A stretch of DNA of 64,000 nt from Marsupella aquatica (GCA_973895155.1 OZ316894.1:7836234-7900233), one strand, 5' to 3'; shown: positions 13,151 through 25,365, numbered from the stretch's first letter. Program-made: numbers and translations. Notes: generated by a model not told the origin, from the sequence alone.

Positions 13151-14966
13151 ATGTGGCACAAGCAGCATCGTAGATGAACTTTGCCAGCACTGCCAAAAGG
13201 AGAATGCAGACCTGGAAAAAACACCAAGTATTCCAGTCGGAAAAACTCTGCGAAAGGGAAACAATGTAGGCGTGCCTAGCACCGGTGCAACCAGAAAAAC
13301 ACCTCACACCAGCATATGTTGGGAAATGCCAGCCAGAAGCAGGATGGAGAGCACCGGTGCGGATACTCTAACACTTATTTAAGAAAATAAAGTAAATTTT
13401 TACTATTTTAACCCCTAACTTTATGGAATATGAATGTTCTCACATTTAGTATTAAAAAACCCTTACAGTTCTTATAATTCTCAAATTGGAGTACACCCTA
13501 TATTTATTCACCAATTTGTTTTAAGTCTTCCGCACAATTGAATTAACAAACCCCTAATTTCTTCGTGCACGATGGGGGTTCCGAAGAAAATAAGTGATGA
13601 CCCCAGGCTCATAAACAAAAATAGTGGAATTGTGATAAATAGAAAAAATTCAATGTTATGGTATGTAATATGCCAAAAGAGAGTGGCAATCTAGTGAATC
13701 CCAGAAAAGGTAGATGCATTTGTGAGTTAAATTGAATCTCCAACATTAGTCTTCCAATTTAGTAGTGCACAAGAGTAGAGCCCTGAAATCCTTGAATGTG
13801 ATATGCTCAACTTTCCAATTGTGTCTGTACTGAAGGGTCATCAATTGTTTAAGGGTCAGTAATCTCTTCACTCGTACATTCTAGGTTTGGAAATTGCAGG
13901 TTATGCTAAAAGCTCCCAAGCTTGTCTAGATCAGGTTATTTTGAGAAGAATACATTTAACATTTGGGCACAGGGCCAGAAGAGATGAAGGCATGTCAGTT
14001 CTTACAACTAAGAGTGTCATTGTAAAATGATGACATCATCATCTTTGAGAGGGTGTGGTGTGATTAGTTGTGGTTTAACATAATAAAGTTCTGGTGCTAC
14101 CTTGTTAGATCTAATGCTCCGAAATTAATCTAAGAAAATTATATATGGAATATTTAGAATCTTCTACTTCACTCTAGGTAACATTTGCCAATTAATCTAC
14201 TAACAGAATTACGAAAGGTATATTTGTAGAATCTTCTCTTTCACACTAGGTGACATTTGCCACTTTGGGAAAAGAATTAAAAAAAAACCTCAAAGATAGG
14301 CTGGTAGGGACACTAGGGCTACATGGTACAAGGCTGGGTGACCATGGAGCATGTAGGCTCTAGAGGGGTTGCAGGGGATATGCATGGGCTCCAGGGACAT
14401 GGGGCCCAACAAGTTCCTTTCAAAGGAAGGTGCCTCGTCAAGATCATTTTTCCCTGAAGAGGCCCCATCAATCTTCGTCTCAATACCATATCCCTAAGCT
14501 ATCTCTTCCCCGGATTGAAGCTTCAAGATAATGCCAGCCACTCTCTTTTTGATACTCTTCACACTTTTTTGAGTGACTTACCCTTCTCTAACTGATTCAT
14601 TATGAGAAAAAAATCAAAGGCCCACCACTTTTATCAAAGGGATTCACAATCTTCTAGAAGCTAAACATGAAAGGTCCACCATTTTGAAAGGGATTCTCAA
14701 TCTTTTAGAAGGTAAGCAGTTGTCTACAAGAAAACTGACATATGGGGAGGGCTATAAAATTGGGGTCAATATTCTTTAATGGCCCTGGGCACTGGGGAGA
14801 GGCAAAACTATTTGATTCTTGCTTCAAGATGGTTCATGAAAATTATTAAAACTCTAAAAAGGAATGATTCATTATTCTAAACATTAGAATATTTTTGAGT
14901 GGGAAACACAATAAGACAAGCTACTTTACTTTCTTTTTGGGGATACTCACACCTTTAGTTACCTTG

Positions 14967-15092
14967 AACCGCCACTGTCCCCAAAGGAAAACCTGGTGGA
15001 TCCAGGTTACTAAATGAAGTTAATACTGTTCTCAAGAGAATAAAACAGTGCACTATTTTGTCTTCCTCAAAAACTGGTGGACAGTGGCGGTT
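14967..15092. mobile_element. Small MITE-like element / inverted repeat
   Basis: Perfect 14-bp inverted repeat aaccgccactgtcc (14967-14980) / ggacagtggcggtt (15079-15092). Its left part is related to the array at 32330-32510. Confidence 0.5.
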
Positions 15093-16086
15093 TAACAAAA
15101 ATTGATTTGCTAATTAATCAAGATACGATGGTCCTAAAAGTTTCTTAGTACCATTTGGGGAAGGTTGTTTCAAGTTGGAGAAACCTAGAATGAAAGCCTT
15201 ATTTGATCATAACTCACTCTTTTGAGGCCTTTCTCCTCTATTTAGACAACAAGTGTATGATGCATTAGAGGGGATGTACTAGAGGGCTCATGCAATTTAC
15301 TATTCTTTGGGGGACAAATGCACACTGTTGGTTCTAGGACCTCTAGAACAATCCCTCTAAGTTGAGACTCTATCCTAGCCTCTGTTGTGACCTTCCCATG
15401 CACTTTACTCGTTGCTTTGTGGGAGAAATTCTGATCAACACTGTTAATTACTCAGTTGTTATGTAATTCACCTCACAACAGGTTAGGTCCACTAGAATGT
15501 CATAACTTATTAGCAGTTATTTGTATACATAGAAGCATCATCTCGCTCTCCTTCCAAGCTCTCATATCTGTGATCTGTTGTTCGCGATCTCAATTGAGCA
15601 CACTCTCAAGAAGAGTCCACAACATTGAGAACCAAAAGATAACGAAGTATCTACATCAACTAGGGTTTTCCTAGGGTTTCCCCTTTGTTTCTCTTCTTTA
15701 TTAAAGTTCAGTATAAATGATCGAATATAAGGTGAGTTGTCCAGCTTGATTAAACATTGTGGGGAGGTAGCTCATCAACTTCCCATGAACTACTCCGATA
15801 TGAAATATAGTGAAACTCCATTTTATTCATCCTCAATTGCAATTGACTACGTCATGGTGAGTTATGTAACACTTGTGACATAACCTGGTAGAGACGCAAC
15901 CTGGTAGAGACTAAACCTCTCCTTTTGTTATTATTTCATCTTTCATTTGTACTTCAAGCAAATTATCTCTCTTCCATCTCACCCTTCTATTTTACAAAAA
16001 ACTCTATTGGGTCTTTCTAAAAGACTCCCCCTGCCCCCTCCCCTCATGAGGAGGCGGAGATTGTTGGGTCACTTTGGGAGGGAGGG

Positions 16087-16230
16087 CCACAAGGACAACG
16101 CAGAAGCCCGCATAAGGTGTGCAACGCCATGCAATGGGGAGTGGGGAGGAGGAGACTGGAGGAATAGGAGCAGTTTTTTGGTGGATAAAACGGCTGGAAA
16201 ATACAGGATTTCAACGAACAATCACAATTG
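16087..16230 (+). repeat. Dispersed repeat copy 1 (copy 2 at ~18270-18420)
   Basis: Shared core gccatgcaatggggag.ggggaggaggagact..tttttggtg..ggaaaa..ggatttca at both sites. Confidence 0.6.
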
Positions 16231-17228
16231 CTTCCATCTTGCCCTTCTCTTTTACGAAAAACACTCCATTGGATCATTTTAAAAACTTCCTGCAAGGGAG
16301 GCAGAAGGTGGAGGGGTGTAGTTTGCCATAGAGAACCAAAAATCACATTTTAAAGTCTCTAAACTCGGTATTCGTTCCCTTTAAGAACAAGATGGGGTTG
16401 GTTTGATGTAATAAACTAAAAACAAAGCTTTAAGCTCTTGCGTCACACATAGTAATCAATCTTGACTACTTTAATCAGGTACTTTGAAGATCGCTCCACA
16501 GCGGTGAGTAGTTTTTGATGATAACTCAACATCAGATAACCTTCAATTAAGCAAAAGATTGCAATTAACAAAACACAAGGAAAAATCTCTCAGAGTATGC
16601 TTAAGGGAGTCTGGAATAGACCAAGGTTACTCCTTAGACATAAGTAATAATGGAATGACTTTAAAGGAAATCCAAATCCACACGGCTTTTCAGATCTAAA
16701 CTGCATACTAGAGTATCCTTTTAAAATGCCGGCAACATGTCTTGACCTTTCTTCCTAAGTGATACTTAGTCAAGATCTAAAAGGATAAATACTTCAGCAT
16801 TTAGATGGTACTAAGCAACATGAAGGTGAAAACATCATTTCCAATGTAACTTAAACTCAATGAGTTAACTCTAAGAACTTGTGAGATTACAATGTGTCAC
16901 CAAAGCGGAATCTGACATTATAATTCACGAGATTCATAACTGAGGTTTTACTTCAAGTATTTGGGTTCCAAAATACAAGAAGGAGGTAAGTCTCTCCAAA
17001 TGTTAAACCTGATCTCGAACTCATAGATTCATGATCAACTAGTTTAACACAAGGGAGAGGCAAAACTGCAAAACTTAACCATCTCTCTACACTAGGGGAA
17101 GAGGTATAAATAGTGATGAACTACAGAATAAGAGGTCACAGGGTCGAAGAGACATGCCTCTTCATACCCCTCAAAATTTTAAAATGGCGATTCAGTAAGT
17201 GAAAAGCCGGAAAAAATGGCTAAGTATG

Positions 17229-17292
17229 AACTCTTAAACTCTTAAAAACTTAAACTCTTAAAAACGTAAAAACTTAAACTCTTAAACTCTTA
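17229..17292. repeat. aactcttaa-type short tandem array
   Basis: aactcttaaactcttaaaaacttaaactcttaaaaacgtaaaaacttaaactcttaaactcttaa. Confidence 0.85.
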
Positions 17293-17986
17293 ATTTCGGT
17301 ATACTAAAAATTGAGTAGATTCAACTATTTTTAACTTTCTACTCCTGGTTCAGAAAACTCTGAAATTTTTCCAGCAGGGTTTCCTAGGTACAGCCTAAAG
17401 AAGTATGACAGCTTCTAAAGCTCTAGAACACATTTCTAAAAATCAGATAAGATGCACTACTCTAAAAACTAACTAAGAACACTTAGAGACTTCTTCAAGC
17501 TTGCTGTCGGATGTCCTCTGGTTCTAGTAACTCCACAAGGGTAACAATTCGGTTCTGGGTAACCTCTATCAGCTTAGCTTGGCGTGGGGATCCTCTAGAG
17601 TAGGGTAGGCACCTCAGTTGTCTCTCAGGATACATCAAAGGCATTCGCTTCATCAAATAACAGGAATCTATACGAAGAGCTTCTCTGTATATCCCTAGTA
17701 CATCATAGTTGTTGCAGGTGGCAGCATATACTTGGGGATAGTGATGCAGAAACTCATCACTATTCATCATCCTGGAATAGAAGGGTCGAAGTCTCCATTT
17801 GACATCTCTGAAATACCGGTTGAAGCTGGGCAGAGTTTGAGAGGTAAGGTGGAAGAGAAGTCAGTAATGAGCGCCTATGTCTTGCATTCCTTCCCTCTTC
17901 AAGGCCTGCTCCTCGTTTTGTTGCAAAGTCCCGTTGGAGTTAGCCGAGCCTGTCACAATCGCGGGGCTCGCCAGTTCGCAAGTCGC

Positions 17987-18162
17987 AACTCTTAAAGTCG
18001 TAAAGTCTTAAAGTAGGGTTTACTCGTAAACCCTTAAACTCTTAAACTATTAAACACTTCAACTCTTCAACTCTTAAACTCTTAAACTATTAAAGTAGGG
18101 TTTACTCGTAAACCCGTAAACTCTTAAAACACTTCAACTCTTCAACTCTTAAACTCTTAATC
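17987..18162. repeat. aactcttaa-type tandem array with a duplicated aaagtagggtttactcgtaaaccc unit
   Basis: Same 8-9-bp unit as 17229-17292; aaagtagggtttactcgtaaaccc occurs at ~18010 and ~18092. Confidence 0.85.
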
Positions 18163-19314
18163 TTCGGCAGAGTTTAGTTTACTCGAGTTATCAGCAAATA
18201 TAGTTTAACTACTTCAAAAATTTAAAAATTTTCCGGTTTTCTTCATGACTTTGGAATTACTCACTACTTACAAGGGGCACTTCACAGAGGGAGGGCAGTG
18301 AGGCGGGAGTGCACGAGGCCATGCAATGGGGAGAGGGGAGGAGGAGACTACATGATCAGAAGGGACTTTTTGGTGAATGTTTGGTTGGGGAAAACTGGAT
18401 TTCAGTGAGCGACCATCAAAAGTCTTTCCCATCCAGATTCCATTTTGCAAACAGACCACAGGGAGACGGGATGGATGTTTTGTAAATCAGTGTAAACTAA
18501 CAAAAAGGGCCTTACTCGAAGACAGGATTCCAAAGGCCAAAAACCCCAATAGAGGGTTGAATAGGGGGTCTCAAACCTCACAATTTGATGGATCTAGTTA
18601 AGGCTAGGGACATGAAAAGTGGCTGGCTACCAAATACATAATCCATAACCTTTTTCTATAAAGATTGGTCATATGCTATGACCCTAAATCATTCTAGAGG
18701 TTAGTGAACAAAATGTTTACACAGCCATGTGATAACCCTATGGCCATTTGTTATGTCCAAAAGCCACCATCCCCAACTTTGAAGCTTTTGAGAGGCCATA
18801 ATGTTATCATGTTATCGAAGGGCATGGAAGGCCTCTCAAAGCTTCAAAGTTGGCTGCGGATGATAGCTTTTGGCTATAAACAAATGGTCATAACTTTTTC
18901 ATAGGGTTAATGTTTTTCAAATTTTTTTTCATTACCCTGTAGTTTTGTTTGTCTTGAAAGGAAATGAGAAAGAACACTTAGTAGACTCTACCCAACCCAA
19001 TAGTGACATCCATTCATTTATGGAACCCAGTTCAAGAATGTAGGGAATCCATTTCAAAGGTGAGCCCCCACGTACCCAACAGGGACCCGCACCAGGAGGG
19101 AGAGAGTATTAAATCAGGGTCACGAAATAGGCAACAAGGGGCCCTGGTGATAATCAGAACTCCCATCCACTACCCACAGAACCCATCCCACCCACACTCA
19201 TAGACCCTCCTGCGTGGAGGGGCCAATCCCCTAGCGAACTAATATAAGGTTAAGAACTCCCATCCAGTACCATTTAGAGTGATTTAAGGATATGACGTAT
19301 TACCAATATTTTAT

Positions 19315-19414
19315 GGCTAAAAAGTTATGGAGTACTAATTTGATAGTCCATAACTTTTTCTGTAGGCTAAAAAGTTATGGAGTACTAATTTGATAGTCCA
19401 TAACTTTTTCTGTA
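19315..19414. repeat. Perfect 50-bp tandem duplication, each unit palindromic
   Basis: ggctaaaaagttatggagtactaatttgatagtccataactttttctgta x2; within each unit aaaaagttatgga pairs with tccataacttttt. Confidence 0.9.
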
Positions 19415-19587
19415 GCCTTAACTATCAGTTAAGGTCCATCAAATTTGAAGTGCCCTAAGGTGCCTCACAATTTGATGGATCTTAACTCCTTAGTCATGGG
19501 TTGTGTATACAGTTACACACTATGAAATTTGTAATCAATAACTTTTTGCCATGAGGATTGCTCTTATGGGCCCTTACCACAGGTCAC

Positions 19588-19830
19588 TCTAGAGGCTGGC
19601 AAAAAACACAAAAAACAAACTTTTATATAACTTTGTGAAAAAGCCATGACCATTCCTCAATGCCAGTCTAGAGGCTGGGTGACAAAAAGGGAAAAAAACT
19701 ATTATATAACCTTTTGAAAAAGTTATGACCATTCCTCCATTACTCAATGCCATTCTAGAGTCTTGTGACACAAGGGATAGAAAACAAAAAACCTTTATCT
19801 AACCTTGTGAAAAAGTATGACCATTCCTCT
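19588..19830. repeat. Degenerate ~80-bp tandem array x3 upstream of RPS19
   Basis: The unit tctagag..tg.(g)acaaaa..aaaaac..ttatataacc/tttg.gaaaaag..atgaccattcctc recurs three times. Confidence 0.7.
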
Positions 19831-20045
19831 GTGCCCTAATAATAGGTAAGTAAACGCCTTTTAGGGTTGCGGAGGTTTCCTCGCTCACACTCATCACCCT
19901 GTGACCCTGCTTCATATCGTGCGGAGTGTGGACAAGCTGAAGTGCGGACGAACAATAGTCTTGTTGGAAGTGCCATTGCTTGCTCGGTAATTTTATCGAG
20001 CTTCTGCCGTCGTGGTCTGCGAAATCGAATCGAAGGTGGAAAAAG

Positions 20046-21170
20046 ATGGCTACGGCGGCGACCGCCAAGACTGTGAAGGACGTTCCTTCACACGAATTCG
20101 TGCGCGCTTACGCTGCGCATCTGAAACGCTCTGGCAAGGTGAGAAATTCTGAACATGCTTCTGTCCTATCGCTGCTTCGGATTTGGTCGCCTTCGTTGCT
20201 AGGTTTCGAATGTGGTTGCGTTCTGTTGTTTCGCTTTGGAGTAAACCCTTGGAAGGACGGAGGGCGGAGGTCTTGGAGGAGGTTTTCATGCTCTGCGCGT
20301 GGATGCAGAGCATTTCTATGACAATTGGGGAGGATTATGGCACTAGAAAGATGACCTGTTAGTCCTGTTTTATTACTAGGTCTATCATGTTCTGTACTCT
20401 TCTGCACTTAGGGCTTTGTGTCGAGGTTGTGGACTGAAAATTGAAGCAATGTTGCAGATCGAAGTGCCAGCATGGGCCGATCTTGTTAAGACTGCTACGT
20501 TCAAGGAACTTGCTCCCTATGATGCTGACTGGTATTACATCAGAGCCGGTAGGTTTCTGTTCTATGATTAGGTTTTGGTGAAATTTCTCTTCTTCCGTGC
20601 GATTCTTTCTCGTGGCTGAATTAGAGAAAGGTTATTTTCTGGTGTGCTGATGGGAAGACGTATGGAGACTTTGGTAGTGTTACAAGGGACTTATGCAAGT
20701 GTCGCATGTATTGGTGGCTTCAGCATCTATGGCGAGGAAGATCTACTTGAGGGGCGGGATTGGAGTCGGCGCTTTCCGTAAAATTTACGGTGGACGCAAG
20801 AGCAACGGTGTGAGGCCTTCCCATTTTGCGAAGAGCAGTGGCTCCATCGCCAGAGATGTGTTGAAGCAGCTCGGGAGCATTGACATCGTTGAGAAGGACG
20901 TGAAGGGGTAAGCTGGCCTCTTCCCCCAACATACTGTATCACTTGGTCGCAGTCAGTAGTTTAGAATCTGCTGAACACTTCTTAGTATCATTAGGTCGTA
21001 GTCAATTGTTTTGATTTTGCTCAAGTGCCAATTCTGTTACGACTTGATGTGGTCTCCAACTGACGCTGTCTTTTTTTCCGTCATGCCCAACCAGGGGAAG
21101 GAGAATTACCTCGAATGGCCAGCGCGATTTGGACCAGGTTGCTGGGCGCATTGCCATTGCCACCGCTTGA
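20046..21170 (+). CDS. RPS19: 40S ribosomal protein S19 (eS19), 147 aa; exons 20046-20138, 20458-20548, 20724-20907, 21095-21170
   Basis: Spliced: [31 protein letters not shown]|[31 protein letters not shown]|[49 protein letters not shown]...KG|[28 protein letters not shown] introns; 444 nt CDS. Confidence 0.98.
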
Positions 21171-24100
21171 GGAGCCACTGCCCCGAGGTCGGTGAACCTA
21201 ATGAAATAGAAGGGATAGGCAAAGTAGGATATTAACGAGTTCCTTTGTGGAAATGGCCTTCCGCGTCTGATGCCGTGGAATGCCTCCAATTTTCCCGGAA
21301 AGGAAACTGTTTGAGGAAATTTTTGGGCTGGCTATTTTGTCCAATCCACACGATTTCGGGAAGAGTTTTGGTTACTGCTATATATAAAATACGTGGGAAA
21401 GGATTCGTTATAGTGCGAAGGTATTCCTTCTCAGATTTTGATTGTTGAGGAATTACAGGCGTGGTTGCGTTGTGATTGTCTGAACCCCCCCAGCATATTA
21501 GGTCAGTCCGTGCTATGTTTCCTTGCAGGTCGAGGAAGTGAGGGGGAGGTAATTTCATGTTAATGGATTAAAAGAAGGATCAGTTTGATCTATCATGTTA
21601 CTAGTACAGGCAGGCTACTGGATTATAACTGCGATCAAACTGGGCGTCATTTCTTTCTTTTGGTTGAGAAACTGAAGGAAATATTTGGTGCCGGTGGATT
21701 AAAAAAAAGATCAGGTTTCGGTACGGAGCCAGGTGTGGAGCAGGTGTTGGGAAGGGTTACGCTTGGAAAGCATCGTTCCGATGGGACAGTGATTGTTTTG
21801 GTAGCTCGAGGAAGTGTGGGGATAAAGATTTGGTGGACACAAGGACGAGCAGGAGGGTATATGGCAGATAGGCGTCGGATTGTGAAGCGAGGAGGTGTTC
21901 TCTTCGTCTGCAGGTCGACTACTGTGGGGAAGACAATTATTTGGCACTGGTTGACCAATGGATGAGTTGGTGCTATGAAGTCACTTGGGTTTAAGAAGAG
22001 GTGGCCTTCACACTCTTTTAGATAGGAAGGAAACTGTATTTATTCTCCCATTCGTCTTCTTCTGATCACTTTTCTCCAGTGTGGCAGTGCACTTATTTCA
22101 GTGTTCTCGAAAGTGATCCGCTGCAATAGTGAAGTATATCTCAAATATCCTTGCCAAATCTGACGTTCTTAGATGGAACAACAAGTAGCCCTACTGTGAA
22201 CAATCGTGAGGCTGAGGTACCGAAAATCTCGAGCAGATCTTTGAAAACCTTTGAAGCAAATCTCGAGGTATGGTCCAAAAGAGGGGATTACATTTTGCTT
22301 TTCGTTCTCCATGGTTCACACTGCAACCTACTCTGAGCCCCCACGCTCTTCTGCTGCTGACTTTTTACAAGCTAGAGAAATCACCGTTGAAGTGTAGGGC
22401 ATTTTCCCTATAGCAGATGAGCTCCTGCATCTTCCACCAATGTTGAGACAGACCATGCTTCTGAGAGATCTACAACAATATAATATGTGATCCCAGGAAG
22501 AAATGGGCGGGCATGGTCTGTTTATGAATACAAAAGGTGGGATTGTTTTTAATTTGTCTGATTTATCTCATCATTTTCCCTGATTGTCGGATCGCTTCAA
22601 AATGGCTTATAGAACACGGGGCAAGTGACTGACCTTTGCACATTGGCGGGCGGGAGGCCAGCATGGGCAGGCACCACAATGGACTTTAACAACCAGAACA
22701 CCTCCGCATCGATGACACAACTGGGATGACAACTGGATCTAAATGACAACAAGATTGCAACAACGATACAACCCCAATAATGACTGAGCAACGGAGGGGA
22801 ATTGGGCTAGTAGGTCTATAAAGCCCGTCATGCTGCCGGTGAAGATGCGTTATACATCAAAAAGTCGCGAGGACCCAAATTTCATTTGAAACGCTAAACT
22901 GCGAAAATTCACTTGAAACTCCTACCAAAAACAATCCCTGAACCCCGCTGTAAGTCTGGTTGATGACTCAAAGCTGTCGTCGATCGTGGATGCCATACGA
23001 AAACTAATTTGCATGAAAAGTCCGGTTCATGATGACAAGGTATATTCTAATCTAGCACAAGGGTGGTACACCTGCACGTTTTCTACAAAACCTCTATCTC
23101 ACCGACAAGGGAAGAACCGTCCATGAAAAGCGATATACTTCGTGAGCCCGAATCCAGCACTGAAGAATACAATGCAGACAGTGAATTTATCTTTCGAGAA
23201 CTGGATTCTGACTGAATTACCATGTGGTTGCCTACCTTTTGACAGTCTCTAGGCTTACTGTAGTTTGCTAATGAGAACACCTCAATTCTAAAATATATTT
23301 TACGAAAACTAAGTCATAGTTGTCCTTACCTCGGAAACAAATCACGTCGGATGAGGTCTTCTTGTTTTACGACGCCTGCACGACTAATTGAAAATGTGTC
23401 ATTGGCACATTAAATTGAGATAGCAATTGGATTTCCCCATAGAAAGGCCACCTTGCTTATTCTCTTTTGTTCCCCCAAGCATTCTTCTTAATACTGGGAC
23501 ATACTTCTCCATATTATGCGCATAGATTTGAATTTGGGAGCAAATGGGGCGTTTGCCAAGTAACTGCACATTTTTCAATTTTTTTCCTGAACGAAAACCA
23601 ATACATTGCACAGCAGACCTTTGATTTCGAGTGCTGCTTGTTGAGTGAGACTCCATTCGGACTCTTTGATGGCTGTCTCCAGCTCTCTTTCCCCAGCTCT
23701 CGTTCAAACTCCTCACAAACACCTCGGTTTCAAGATAGGAGATGAGACGCAAATAATTCCAAAAGAACGAATTCACTCTCAGCGTCGGACGATTTCACTC
23801 TCAGCGTGACAGAAAAAATTCATTTATCCAGTTTGCATCCAGTTTGAAGTGTTCATCAGATGTAACTATCTCCACAGGTGACAGTCCTTTTTCGAATTGA
23901 CGGAACGAAGATGGGTGACACTACGTAGAGTTTGAGACATTTCCCAAAAGATGCCTCTCAACGCTTTCATGGCAGACAGATCAAAACGTACAAAGAGTCC
24001 ATCCATGTTCATCCAGATTTCTCTCAAGAGGTGCTCCTAATTGTGAAGTACACAACAGTCAGGTCCATGGTCGCTCTCTGCTCGTGAAGAACACCTCACG

Positions 24101-24385
24101 CCAGACAACCTTGGTGGGCACTGCTTTTGGGGAGCATCTCGGACGAGGTTCTTCAGCAAATTCATGCAATAGAGGATATCCTAGTAAGAAATCCTCCATT
24201 TGTACCGAAGAGTGCTGAAAGAGCTTCAATCTTGGTATAAGACTAATTTCCGTCATGGACAGTTTTCAGCTAATATTCACAGGCCTTTTGAGTATCTCTG
24301 TGGCGCACGCAATCCATCTATTTTTGTCACACGACAAGCTCTCACACGACAAGCTCTGGATACATCTTCGCTCTTCCATGTTGAC

Positions 24386-25303
24386 CTAGACGGAAAATGC
24401 CTTTCGCACCTCCTCCGCATGCTCTTTCAAGTACTCTTTGAAAGAAGTAAGCTTGATTCCATACTTCTCAATAAGCCCCTTGATATCAACTTCAAAGTTC
24501 AGATCATTACACTTGATCTGACTGTCCACGAACCGATGCTTCCCTCTCAGCGCCTCCACATCCTCCGCCGTCCGGAACTTGACCACAAGCTCCTTCCCAC
24601 TCGCCTCACTCAAATGCCTCGCTATGTCGGCTAACCCCATCGTCTCCGCTCCCAGTGTAATCTCCTTCCCATGCCAAGCCTCCGGATTCAGCATTGCCTC
24701 CGCCGCAAATACTCCCACATCTTCTTCAGACAGCAGCGTCAAGCGAATATCAGGCTTGTATGCCGTCAGCAGCACTCCCTCCCTCCCCAGCTCGGCCGAC
24801 AGCATCGGGATGATGGTCTTCATCAACATCGCCGGTCTGAGAATCGTCCATTGCAGTCCAGATCCGCGGACCAGCTCTTCGATCCCATGCTTTGCGAGCC
24901 AATACGTTCCACTGGACGAATGTGCATCAAATCCAGGGAACGATTCATGTTGACCGGTGAGAATGGCGCTGGAATAGACGAGTGACGTGACCGTCTTGGC
25001 AGCCAATGCCGCAAGGATGATGTTCCTCGCGTGCTGGATTTCGGTCCCGGGGACAGCATGTGGGAGTGTGTTGATGAAGACCGAGGTCACGCCCGAGCAG
25101 GCGGCAGCGATGGCGGGAGGAGAGTCGAAATCGCCGGGGAAGAGCACGGCGCCGAGGGATTGGAGGGAGAGGGCCGCGGGCGAGGAGGGATCGCGGACGA
25201 GCGCGTGGACTCGGTGGTTTCGGGAGAGGAGGTAGCGTACCGTGGCACCACCTTGGGAGCCAGTTGCACCAGTGACGAAGAAACTTTGTGTCGGCGGTGA
25301 CAT
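24386..25303 (-). CDS. NmrA-like family NAD(P)-binding atypical SDR protein (305 aa), intronless
   Basis: Rossmann motif FFVTGATGSQGGAT, then HALVRDPSSPAA, LFPGDFD, LVYSSA, YWLAKHGIEELVRGSGLQWTILRPA and EDVGVFAAEAMLNPEAWHGKEI. This is the NmrA/HSCARG architecture, and the ORF is intact. Confidence 0.92.
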   Translation of the reverse strand: MSPPTQSFFVTGATGSQGGATVRYLLSRNHRVHALVRDPSSPAALSLQSLGAVLFPGDFDSPPAIAAACSGVTSVFINTLPHAVPGTEIQHARNIILAALAAKTVTSLVYSSAILTGQHESFPGFDAHSSSGTYWLAKHGIEELVRGSGLQWTILRPAMLMKTIIPMLSAELGREGVLLTAYKPDIRLTLLSEEDVGVFAAEAMLNPEAWHGKEITLGAETMGLADIARHLSEASGKELVVKFRTAEDVEALRGKHRFVDSQIKCNDLNFEVDIKGLIEKYGIKLTSFKEYLKEHAEEVRKAFSV

Positions 25304-25365
25304 GGTGGATTTCAGGAATTGATCGAAGCAATGTCGACTGAAAGTGAATCGGGAACGAATTTGTT

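Larger units (their letters stand above)
11014..13368. mobile_element. PIF/Harbinger DNA transposon, internally deleted and defective
   Basis: TIRs are gagcatccgctccggt (11014-11029) and accggtgcggatactc (13353-13368), 14/16 matching, with a TAA target-site duplication on both sides (11011-13, 13369-71). It contains convergent transposase and Myb/SANT-type remnants. Confidence 0.9.
10533..13702. mobile_element. Old non-autonomous element with ~90-bp degenerate terminal inverted repeats, enclosing a MITE and the Harbinger element
   Basis: ggattccctatactgccactcttttttggcatagacatacc..aattttttcctatttat (10534-~10626) is the reverse complement, with mismatches, of 13607-13702 (..ataaatagaaaaaattc..ggtatgtaatatgccaaaagagagtggcaatctagtgaatcc). 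No TSD identified. Confidence 0.5.

Noticed and set aside
19855-19870. Telo-box in the RPS19 promoter
   Set aside because: Only a partial match (ttagggttg rather than tagggttt); insufficient to call.
20139-20723. Possible intronic C/D snoRNA in RPS19 introns
   Set aside because: Only imperfect C-box-like (atgatta) and scattered ctga motifs; no convincing terminal stem or rRNA-antisense element visible.
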